Shown: piece after piece, positions 1-13,020 of the stretch
Numbering within the stretch: the first letter of the stretch is position 1
How the letters are laid out: each line of letters starts with the position of its first letter
DNA from: Antedon mediterranea
Taxonomy: Eukaryota; Animalia; Echinodermata
Reading direction: 5' to 3'
DNA length: 64,000 bases
Assembly (NCBI RefSeq): GCF_964355755.1
Contig: NC_092674.1
Span: 29,016,001-29,080,000, forward strand
Translations under genes and position numbers: made by a program
The notes under the pieces: model-generated
Database searches by the model: none
Seen by the model: the letters and a program-made list of their open reading frames with translations, nothing else
What the model was told of the DNA's origin: nothing

Positions 1-167
1 ATTGATGAAGGCTAAGTCACACAGGAAAAATGACAATATTTAAAATAATACAACAGCTACAAAATTGAAAATTGTGAATAAATGAACAATGATTTAACTG
101 AGTTTCTGTAAAAATGAATAAAAGAATTAAGAAAAGTGTTATTTATAAATAGTAACAATGTAGTATT

Positions 168-332
168 AAGTTCTGTCTACACTATCAAACTTCATGTGAC
201 AAAAAAATGTGATGTGCCCATATATGGACACAATTTCATATCACTACCATATTTGGGCATATCACTACCAATACCATATTTGGGCACATCACACGTTTTT
301 CTCAAACTATTTTGATAGTGTAAACAGAGCTT
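168..332. mobile_element. Family-A MITE (130-170 bp; TIR AAGCTCTGTCTACACTATCAAACT). Other copies: 562-695, 24731-24901, 27892-28028, 29447-29612, 48907-49063, 50402-50514, 55031-55145, 56566-56700, 56907-57034, 59303-59358, 59774-59886, 60204-60362
   Basis: About 13 recognisable copies with inverted termini and an internal 20-bp repeat ATCACTACCATATTTGGGCAT-like; TWA-like flanks suggest PIF/Harbinger (inference). Confidence 0.85.
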
Positions 333-387
333 TAGAAGGGATTTGTATTTGCAACAATTATTGGTATTACTGTATATAGATTTTTAC

Positions 388-2213
<1,826 letters not shown>

Positions 2214-2369
2214 CTTCGATTGTCAATATACTACGAAAATAATCGGTTATTATTTTGCAAGCTATTAAATTGTAAACGCCTAGGCCTAGGTTCCACACAT
2301 GTATGTAAATCTCTCTTCACACGATCGACGAAAAAACAACACAGATTTATTTTGTGTCAACAATAACAA

Positions 2370-2383
2370 ATTGCCATAGAGAC
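2370..2383 (-). promoter_or_regulatory. RFX X-box-like element upstream of CCDC169
   Basis: GTCTCTATGGCAAT on the - strand, close to the X-box GTYNCYATGGCAAC, about 160 bp upstream of the ATG; an adjacent half copy GCCATAGAG follows. Confidence 0.45.
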
Positions 2384-3447
2384 ATAGCCATAGAGGGCGG
2401 CAAATATATAAATACTGTCAACAGAGAGAGCCATGTGTGTAATCAAGGGAGTTACTGAAATACTCCAATTAAATAAATAAATTCGAAGTTTCGGTCTATT
2501 TGGAAATTTATTAAAATTCTTTGAATTTTTTTCTCGTTATTTTGGAGTTTAACTCGTATTATTTAGTAACTCAGACTTGTACATCACTGATCTAATATAC
2601 AAAAAAAAAAAAACACGGAATACATTGGCAGATTGCTTTCTCATACATCAGTAAATAATATTTATTAATTTAATCTTTAGGCCTTCTCTAATTTGACAAT
2701 ACGTTTATATTTTCATTTTTATATTCTGTTTTTATTTTAAAAGTTTGTTGTGAGGCATGGTGGATTATGCGGAAGGGATGGACTCGCTATAAAATTAGAA
2801 TAGTTCTTTATCCATGCCGCGCCTGTTTCCGTTCCACTTGTTTAGTTTCTTTATTGTGTTACGGATTTAGAGACGATATAAATTTACATTTACACAATTT
2901 AATGACAAAAAGATCGATGTTTCGGAACCATCATGGAACTTCTCAAGAACAAATGAGTACAAATTAAAAACTAGAAACATCCTCGTATTATTGTGTGTGG
3001 GTATTTTTCAAGATCCATTAGACAGTGTCCACCACGATCGGAACGGAAAACACCCCTATTTGGGGAAAATCTTCACAGTGAACCTAAATTCGTTTTAATT
3101 GTCAATAACTAATTATCTAACTCAATTTAATTAGTAAACAGGGATACATATCATGGTTAAAATTAGTACCAAAAGTACGAACCAACTTTATATACCATCG
3201 AGTAAACATTCTAGATTTACCGAATTTTGCCCTTACTTACGTAAATTAATATATAGATTTAGTGTGTAGTGGATTATTACATTTTGTAGCTAGTAAGAGT
3301 ATCATTGTTTCATTTATTCCATTGTAATTGTTTTATTACTTCTGCTTTAATATAGTAATTAAGGTATTTTTACATTAATTTTTTGGTGTTTTCTATTGAG
3401 CATGGCCTTCCTGAAAACAGTGTCCGTGAATAAATAAAACATATGAA

Positions 3448-4402
3448 AGATGTATTGTCCCCCAGAAACATGAAAAATGAAGATTAATTAAATCAGACTT
3501 TTTTTTCTCTTTTGTGGTTAACCACCACCTTTATTCATTCAATCTTTTATACATTATTTCGTTCACATTTCATTTTCGTACATTAAATTTCTACTTTCTT
3601 CGTTATTTTCTGATTTTTTACACTTTTGACTTTATACATAGTGTTTTGATTTATATGCATACAAGTAACCTTAACAAATCTACACTTCATTTTGTACATG
3701 ATATAATAGATTTTAGAATACAGAATATTTAGGAAACGTATGTCATGTCATTTCATTAAGTACATTTCAAATATGAATGCCACTTATAGGTTACAACATG
3801 CCAGTGTGTTCATATCTTTTAAGATAAATTTAAACTGAATCCAGGGATTCTGGCATACAGGTTTTTAAGCACAGTTAGAATTGTGATTGTGTAATTATGA
3901 CGTAGACGGCAATTGAGTACAATTGCTTTTTTAATTGACATTTACATCTTAACAGGAGTTCTTTGAACGAGCTACTGCTGTTAACTATAGCTTTTTAAAT
4001 ATATTGTCAATTTTATTTCACAGTATTTGATTACGTCTACAATAATAAAACATATGTTTTTCGTCTTCAATGACTCCACAATTGTTACATATGTTATTAT
4101 TTTTCAGTTTCCAGTTATACAGTTTTAGATTTGTAGGTACAATTCTATTTAGTAATTTGTAATTTAACTGGGCAAATTTCTTAGTTTTTCACTTTTCTTT
4201 TCTAGACGTACTTAACGAAGACATCAAGTGGTGTGATGTTTGGAAAATTAAATTAGACTTTGACTATGTTATTTTGTAGTTTTAATAAAGTTAATCACTT
4301 CCGTAGAAAAAAAAATTTAAAAAAAAATGTTTTAACTTACCGTATATAATCAATAAAAAAAAATTGTTTGAATTATTTTTTCAGCAGGGGAACAATACAT
4401 CT
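3448..4402. mobile_element. Non-autonomous TIR element, AGATGTATTGTCCCC termini (Kolobok-like); shorter relatives at 21906-22244 and about 51615-51890
   Basis: agatgtattgtccccc...ggggaacaatacatct; the 21906-22244 copy has TTAA on both sides. Confidence 0.7.
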
Positions 4403-4439
4403 TTCCATGTATAAACAACTGGTGGCGCACTCCATATTT

Positions 4440-4578
4440 TAGAATTGAAAAGTAACCATACACTCGGCATGCTCCATCGCCTCGCGGGAGGGAGAGGAAT
4501 GCAATATAAAAGGTGGTTTTGAAAATGGGAAAGTTGACAGCTTTTACTTTCTTATGATAGTTTCCTTTTGAATAAAAA
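4440..4578 (+). other. Putative non-coding first exon / promoter of the sialyltransferase gene
   Basis: Local CpG-containing patch, strong donor AAA|GTAAGT at 4578/4579, followed by a TAGGCCTA cluster like the one in CCDC169 intron 1. Linkage to the gene is inferred. Confidence 0.35.
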
Positions 4579-4866
4579 GTAAGTTATTTATTTATTCAGT
4601 TATATAATATACATATATAGTTAATTCACTTTATCAAAATGTGTGTGTGAAGGGAATCGTCTGTTGAGACTTGTTGTTGACGATCTAGTAGGCCTAGGTA
4701 GGCCTAGGCCTAGGCCTACTATGCGATGGCCCAACCTAACGATAATAACACTTTAACATGCAGTAGGCCATAGTAAGCCTAGCTAGTACTACTCTAGTAG
4801 CCTAGTGGGCCTAGGGCCTATATTATTAGTAGCTCAGCCTAGCTAGGCCTAGTTAGTTAACCTAAA

Positions 4867-6553
4867 GGGGCGCTAGTTCCGTTTCGCACCTGTTTTTATT
4901 TCGATTTCCTTTTGACTCCAAATTGTTAAGCAACTTATTGTGAATACCACACCTTAAAATTGGGCCTCATAAGTACTTTTATGAAGAAGAATCACATAAA
5001 AAGTAACAAATAAATCCTTAAATTGATGATTTTAAAGACATGTTTCTCGCATACCGTTCGCAAATTTAGCATACTCGAAGTTCAATATTTTCGTTTCTAT
5101 GGAGCGCCAAAAGAGCAACAACAATAGATGGTTACAAACTCAGTGGAATGCGTCTTCTTATTATTTACGCCGTGGTTAGGATTCCGGCACCGGAACTCAA
5201 CTGCCCAGCGTTAGGGATTCCGACACGCTATTGCGCATGCCCAGAGCGAGGTAATCGGCGACTCTATACTTATCAACAGCGATGGATTATTTCATAGCTG
5301 CGCCACACGGCGAACTAACCTAGATGCCTACTAATATGGGATCCACTAATCTAGGCTAGGGCTACCAGTTAGACTACGTGACCAGTGGGCCTATAGTATT
5401 TATTTTGTAATTAAAAAGTGGTTGCTTCATTCATATATAAAATTCATATCATTATGAATTATATAATTACATGACTAGTTATATGATTTTTCATAACGCA
5501 TATACTGTACATATATACAACATGCAATCACAAGTTGATTTGTTGACGGCAGCCACCGCGTGGATGTGAAAAAACTGTTCGGGAAGTCAGGGTCGCAACG
5601 CTAAAAACAGCATTACGATTCTTAGATAGATACTGATACTTATTAATATCATTATAATTATTTTAACGCGTGGCGTAGTCATATTTTAATTATTAATTCA
5701 TGTATGGCATAGGCCAAGTTTCATCCATCGCTCTCTCGCTCGCGCAACGACTATCTAGGCTACAGTAAATCCCTATAACACTCCGACTCTCCGTGGTGTG
5801 GCACTATTATTAGAGTGTGCAAGCTATTAAATTCATTTCCCAGAGCTCTGGGCATGCGCAATAGCGTGTCGGATTCCCTAACGGTGGACAGTTGAGTTCC
5901 GGTGCCGGAATCCTAACCACGGCGTATTATTTATTATTGAAATACACGTTTAATTTTAATATATTTTGTCAATAAAAATGCTTTAACATTTTACTGCTAA
6001 TAATTTGCTGTTTTCAAATAGCAACCTACCCTAGGCCTAACTAAGAGTAAGACTATAGACTAAGAGGAATATTATTTAGGCCTAGATCAGGTATACCCCT
6101 ACAGCATGCAGTACATGTAATATGATGATGAATTTGTCGATTTTCATTCTTAAAAGTTCCTGCAAAAACCATGTACAGTATCAACAGTAATATTTTTGTT
6201 GCATTGACATTGACAAAATATGATAAAATTGAACGTAATTTTCACCAATAAATGCATTAAATATACGCAATTTACTGAGTTTTTAGCCCTCTGTTATGAT
6301 TGCTCTTTTCTTTTAGCGCTCCATAGAAACAACAACATTGAACATGGAGTATGCGAAATTCACAAACCGATGTGCGAGAAACACGTCTGTAAATTCATCA
6401 ATTTAAAGGATTTATTTTTTACTTTTTGTGTGATATCCTTCGTAAAAGTATTTTTGAGGCCCTATTCTAAGGTGTGGTACTCACGATAAAGCTACTTAAA
6501 TAACCAATTTTGAGTCGAAATAAACGACAGGTGCGAAATGGAACTAGCGCCCC
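4867..6553. mobile_element. Long-TIR non-autonomous DNA transposon with a nested element
   Basis: GGGGCGCTAGTTCC...GGAACTAGCGCCCC; imperfect TIRs of about 260 bp; TAAA duplicated on both sides. Confidence 0.85.
5168..5924. mobile_element. Nested MULE-like MITE
   Basis: About 80-bp TIRs (CGCCGTGGTTAGGATTCCGGCACCGGAACTCAACTG...) with a 9-bp duplication TATTATTTA. Confidence 0.85.
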
Positions 6554-7386
6554 TAAAGGTAGGTTAGGCAGTCGGCGGAGAGAGAAAAGACACCTAACTC
6601 ATAGAGTACTCCTATCTATAGGCATCATAGTGATGGTAATAATAATATAACATGGAGGTATCTTTTTTATACCTCCATGTGGTTATAATAAGTCTTCTGT
6701 CCTCTAGTGGATCAGGGGGCCAGTAGGGTTTTCCTGGTTTTTATGATTTATAAATACAAAAAAAAAACCATTTTTTAATAATAATGTTACCTTTTTTTGT
6801 CGAAAGGCATAAATAACAAACGATAGCACCTGATAATTTATGTGAATTATCATTGTATTCAATTGCAAGTAAAGAACAAATAACAATACATGTTAATACT
6901 TTACTTGGTTCAGTAATAGGTCCTGTCTGTAGTGTAGTCCTTGAGGAAGGACCCTTAATTTTTCTTTGAAGGATTCCACAGTTTTTTGCAGAAATGATAT
7001 CTATGATGTTATTAAATACGCCGAGTCAAATTCTGAAAAATAATGTTTATACGGTTCTGGTAATTTGTGCTTCAATAGAAAGGAATAACTGAACTATGTT
7101 GACAACAAATATGCAAAGTGAATTTCTGAAGTTAATTAATTGCACTGTAATATTCAACCAGCAATTTTGAAATATTTAATTTTGTTTTTATACTATAGTA
7201 GTGTGCTGGTTTATTATATTGTTTATTGTCCCCTACAGTACACCATTATTCCATTAACAACTATTTACATTCGGTTAGATCATTTGGTTGTTATCAGTTA
7301 TTAAAGAAAGTCCCATATACACAATTTACTTGAGTTATTTAAGTAGAGAATTTTTAAATTGTTGGCCTATGTCAAGCAATTATTAA

Positions 7387-7982
7387 AGCCCCATTCCCTA
7401 CGTTTTTTAGATCTAATTTAAGATCACAAACTATATTTAATGTCAAAATAATACTATATGGTCCTATTGCGATAACTTTTTTCGTCTTTAAACGGTTAAA
7501 AATGTGAAAAATAAGTCGATTCTAATAATTATAGCGGCCCGCTATAAATCCCAAAATGCATTGCGCGCGGATTGATATTTTTGTTTTTCACCTGTAATTC
7601 GCCCACATTTCGATTGATCGTGAGGCCAAAACAAATGGAAGACTCCCCAATTTGTATCAACGGAGTCTGGCAAAAATAGAAAGCCAATTAATGCAGCAAC
7701 TATACAACGTCAGGCTAGGTATATAGCTCGCGTACGATGTTCGTACGTTACCGATGTTTACCAGCTAGGCCTACAAAACTAAGCCTAGCTAGGCTAGGCC
7801 TAAGACCGTCCACGAGAGGTCGATCGCCGCGAGCTACTTAGGTAGTGCATTGTTTCTCACTTTTTATCATAATTTACCATAAAACGTACATTTAAGACAA
7901 GGAATGACATGGTTTAATGTTTTTAAAGTGATATATATGTATTATTTTCCAAAAAACGTCCAAAATTGCAGGGAAGGGGTCT
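7387..7982. mobile_element. Kolobok-like non-autonomous element
   Basis: TTAA|AGCCCCATTCCCTAC...GCAGGGAAGGGGTCT|TTAA. Confidence 0.7.
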
Positions 7983-8119
7983 TTAACTGTCTTGAACCTG
8001 TGTATTGTAGGCCCATCCGATTATTGCCAGCTTAAGGTTTTCTCACCAACGACCACCAAAGATGGAGAGGCAATTAGCAATTTTAATATAAAATTGTTGG
8101 GCTTTATACAGTAGCTTTA

Positions 8120-10282
8120 CAGTGGGACAGCCAGTCGACAAATCGTGTCAAATTTCGACTAGGAGAGGGCGCCCTACTTTTCTAATTTAGTTCAAAATTG
8201 CTAAATTTTAGGGTGTTGGAAAAACACAATATTTGTAAATTTAGCTGATTATCGGAAAAATATTGTTAGTGAAATAAATTCATAAATGGTTTTAATATAT
8301 TGTCATGTAAAATTAAATGTATTTGAACAAAACGATAATCTGTAATTTAACGGCAAAATCAACCAATGTCTTTTTTCCGAAATTGTACCCTAGAAAATCG
8401 TTAAAATAAAATATTTAGAAAAATTGAACAGTCCTGAATTTAAAATCCCTGTTAGAAAAATTAATAATCTACAGAATACGATATTAAGATACAAAATTCG
8501 GTGGTTGGGATGCAGCTCCGACTATTCAAACTAAAGGTACCACTATTTGTTCCATCGAAAACTAGCGAAACCGCCATTTTGTAAACACATCGTCATCGTG
8601 TTTATGAATTTATTTATAGCGAACGATATACGCGATGTTTATAATTGTCCGCGTATAAGAATTCATATAAATAAATACATTCCAATACAACGTATATTAT
8701 TACTTGTTTATTTATCACAGTATACATTTTAGTTGAGGAATATTTATCATAACTATTATAATAGCTTTTATACGAGTCCGAGGCCTAGCCCTATTAGCGA
8801 GCGATTGTTCCAGGGGCGGAAAGTCACTTAGTGACGTTGTGATCGGGCGCGTCGGGCCTAGCTAATAATAATATTAATAATATGACCTGAAATAAGCGGC
8901 TAACAAGAACTGTTATATACTTGCTTACAATTGTTTTGTTATTGATGAACAAACAAGCAATTAGATTGAATAACAAATTATTTATTCATTTTTTTTGGGT
9001 AAAAACATGTACAAACTAGTACTGTATAATATAAATTAATAACTAATACAGTATTAATAAAATATAAAATAGGCCTAACATACAATAAATATTCAATTTT
9101 TAAGGTCTACCACATGACAATAACATAATTTACAGAGTATAGTGTAGTAGGTTTGCATTCAACATAAATATTTGTATTGTAATTCATCTAAATCCTCTGC
9201 AACATACATATATTGTAATTCAACATTTTGTTTTAAATAATTAAATTATAGTTTGGGTATGACAATGTCGGTAGTTACCGGTGTCATCTTTTTATCCACT
9301 TCACTCTCAGTTTGAAGTCACAATGACAAAGAACTCTGCATCATCAACGATTCCTGAAAGTGTCAGAAAAAATAATAAATATTATTTAAAAAAAATTGTA
9401 ATGTCTGGTTGTATATATAATTATAATATTATACTGTATGATGACATAAAAGTAAGGCAAATGGAAGCTGTATTTTATTAATTAATATTACAGTATTTGC
9501 TATTATTATTTATATAATCTAGGCCAAATAGTAGCCTAGCTAGGCATCTATTGAGCCTAATAAATCAAATAATAAATGAAAAATAAAATAATAATATTAA
9601 TACTGATTGAAAAAAAGTATTTTTTGGGGGGATCAGATCACCAGGCTAGGCCGGCCAGGACCAATGATACTCGTAATCAGTACAACTTAACGACTATCGA
9701 ATCAGCATCAACACAGTACAACACACGTCTCGCTATCGCCAATACTGACACACGTGTCTCGCGTTGCCGAAACCACGCTCACAGCTAGAAAATGTACCTA
9801 CCTTTCGAGGCCTGAGAATACACCAACAAATTTTGAACAGGATAGAAATATATCATACTCGATTAAACTAATATTATTCTTAATAAAACAATTGATTATA
9901 ATTTTTTTAATTTGTTGGGATGCACCTCCGACTATTCAGAAAATGGACAACAAAACAGTAGTCAAATCGTACCACATTTATAAATTTCACGAGTCCCGAC
10001 TTCAGTCGCCGAATGTATTGTATTAGCTTCGGTTTCTTTGAAGGAAACCGATTGGTTATTCAATTATACTTATTAGGAAATGCTTTTACCATAATAGGTA
10101 ATGTTGGGCGGTTCTTAAATATTCATGAAAGCTTAAAATAAAACAGCACTTATTTGCTAGGCGACGAAAAATCGTGGTTTCAGTTTTCAACGATACTGTA
10201 GGTGGCGCTTCAAAATGGTCAATGCGGAAGTAAGTCGATTTTACACGATTTAACGGTCAAAACGCGAAGTGGCTTCCCACTG
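8120..10282. mobile_element. 2.2-kb non-autonomous TIR element with CAGTGGGA termini
   Basis: TTTA|CAGTGGGACAGCCA...TGGCTTCCCACTG|TTTA; subterminal AAATCGTGT..TCGACT mirrored at both ends; CpG-rich interior. Confidence 0.6.
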
Positions 10283-10714
10283 TTTACATTCTCTGATTAA
10301 ACCACATAGCAACTTTGTGGTTATGATGGTTTATTATCTATTTAAACATCAATATCTGTGTATATTTAAAAGGCTGTTAGGCCTATGTAGGCTGTAGCAG
10401 TAATGAAAAAACATATGAAATGGCAGTATAACACTCTACAGTATTTGATCAGAGATTATTTTGCATCTCCCTGTACAGTATGTGATAGTTTAAATACAGT
10501 ACTGCACGTACAGAATATAATTTTGTCATTATATCATAGCAAAAACTATACAAAACTACTACTACACATTTATAAATTATACAGCAAAAAATAAGTAAAA
10601 AACTAAGTTTCTCTAGATTTAAAATAAAATTAAACAAAATTTAAAAATGAAATTTTGCCTACTGTACTGTATTTCACTGGTTTTAGAAGTACTGTATTTT
10701 GTTTTTAGTATTTA

Positions 10715-11502
10715 TGTTATGCGCGATTTGAACGATTTGCGCAATTTCAAATTGCGCAATCGACTTGCGCAATTTCAAATTGCGCAAGAAAATCTTTGCG
10801 CAATTTTAAATTGCGCTGCACAATTTGTAAATTGCGCAAGATAGTTCATGCGCAATATGACACCTTTGCGCAATTTGAAAACTAACTGTAAATTTTCAAA
10901 TTGCGCAACAAAATTCTACCAGACAATCGGTATTATAATAATTTATTGGAAACTAAATAACTCAAAATAAAACATAATAAATGCGAAGATAACATGTGTA
11001 TAATAAATACATAACATTTATTATTACAATTAAATAATATTATCACTGTAACTTGAAATAAATCAAAATAAATGTCAAAATTAAGTTTTTAATATTAGTT
11101 TAAGCTAGGCCATGTAACCTAGTCAGTATCAGTAGTCCAGACCCTAGCTAGGCTAGAGTAGTATAGCCGGCCGCCTGCGCCGCGCCCGCCTGGTGGAACA
11201 CCACCGCTTCGTTTTCCTTCGTCGGTTCTTCGACGGTATGCTAACTTATAACAATATTTGCACTACTAAAATAAGGAAATGCGATATTTATCTTTAATTT
11301 TGAATCATTCTTAGAAATTACTATAAAAATATGGGTGTGCATGATTTCACAATCTGTCGAAAAACCTTGCGCAATTTGCAGATTACTTGCGCAATTTAAT
11401 ACGTTGCTTGCGCAATTTGAAACACATGTTTCAATTCAAATTGCGCAAGGATTTTTTTTGCGCAATTTCAAATTGCGCAAATCGTTCAAATCGCGCATAA
11501 CA
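10715..11502. mobile_element. TGT...ACA TIR element with 4-bp TSD (Ginger-like), rich in TTGCGCAA
   Basis: TTTA|TGTTATGCGCGATTTGAACGATTTGCGCAATTT...AAATTGCGCAAATCGTTCAAATCGCGCATAACA|TTTA. Confidence 0.85.
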
Positions 11503-11945
11503 TTTACACTGTACAGTAGATATGAGTAGGTAAATGTCCCTAACCTTTTTACTGTAGATTAATAATGGCTTTTTGTTCTATGTACACAATGAGTCATAGT
11601 GATAATGTGTGGCTACCAAATGTATAGGTTAATATTCCCCTGTATGTTTTCTGGCTATCTACAGTTACAGTACAGTAATTAATGTTTAACTACTCTATAC
11701 TGTACCTACTGTAGGCTTCAACCTTTCCATAAACCAGTTAATTATGAATAATGTATGTTTTCTTTTGCAATATATAGTGATTTAAAGTAAATAATAAATG
11801 ATATACAGTACTAAAGAACAAGGACTACTGGTACATCATTCACTGTTTAGAATTTATGTCATTTGTTATTGTTGTAAGTAAAAAAACAAGCATACTGTAT
11901 GTCATTTTTTACTATGATTTGTTTATGGTACAGTACAGTAGTTAA

Positions 11946-12122
11946 GGGCCTTTCACACCTGTTCCGGCACGGTTCCGGTCCGGCGAATCGAACGCCAATG
12001 TTTCGTTTTCATGACGCTCTACGCGGCTATGCGCCAATCGATATGCGCGTAGACGCGTAAAAACGAAACAATGACGTTCGATTGGATTTGCCGGAACCGT
12101 GCTGGAACAGGTGTGAAAGACC
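11946..12122. mobile_element. Palindromic Harbinger-like MITE
   Basis: GGGCCTTTCACACCTGTTCCGGCACGGTTCCGG...CCGGAACCGTGCTGGAACAGGTGTGAAAGACC; folds back over most of its length. Confidence 0.8.
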
Positions 12123-12796
12123 TTTTACAGTAGTAATCTTATTCTGCCCTACTGTACTGTACAGTAGGATGGTATCACCCAACCCCACTCTGTTTAAAAT
12201 ATGACATTCAAATATAATCAACTCTCTCAATACTGGACACCATCTGGCTGGCATAATAATATCATATGTATGTAGCATATGTACAGTATGTTTTCTGGAA
12301 AGTCTTATTATACTCTATATTCCAGGGAATAATTTCGCCAGTGTAGCATAGCAAAAAGCTATACAAAACAACCTTATTGCTACACATTTCCCAAATTGTG
12401 TAGCAAAAAATGTAATACAAAACTATGTTTCTCGACTCAACAATCAGTTTGATTAGCAATTTTGCTAAAAAAAATTTTTTAATGAAATTTTTCCCTGTAT
12501 TCAGAATTGTTTTAATGGTAGAAATTTGGGACCTTTTGAACCTCAAGAAAAGTCTGGTTTTCGAAGAGTTTCTGGTTTTCAGAGAGTCCGGTATTGGGAG
12601 AGTTGACTATACTACGGTATACCTACTGTGGTAAAAGGATACAACTTTTGTGTCAACATCTATCCTTCCTGTATCAATATCCTGTATTTACCATTGTCCA
12701 TGATGAATTAAAAATGTCTCGGTTGATTGGATTGTAATGTATTGTAACATTTCTTTCAATTAATTATCTTTCAAAGTTCTTTATATATATATATAT

Positions 12797-13020
12797 AAAT
12801 CCAAAGGAAAATTACTAAAAAAATGACAATGCTGTGGGTATCAGTGGCTGGATCTCAATGGAGATACAAAAAAAAAGCGAAAAGCTAAATCAAAACAATA
12901 AAGTAAAACAGCCAGAAAAGTTAACAGATCTTTCGGGCAACACTAGCGCTTCATATGTGCAAGTGAAGGAATTTGGATAACGTCATAGTATAAGAACTGG
13001 CAAGTGCCGCCTGGGTGAAT
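12797..13020 (-). mobile_element. Penelope-like pLTR fragment with a degenerate hammerhead; same family as 35023-35240 (+) and 36457-36620 (-)
   Basis: Nearly identical to 36470-36618 over about 150 bp; CTGATGA mutated to CATATGA. Confidence 0.65.

Noticed and set aside
8118-8128. RAG/Transib RSS heptamer (CACAGTG) termini
   Set aside because: Ends read TACAGTG and AACAGTG, there is no nonamer, and the duplication is 4 bp rather than 5 bp.
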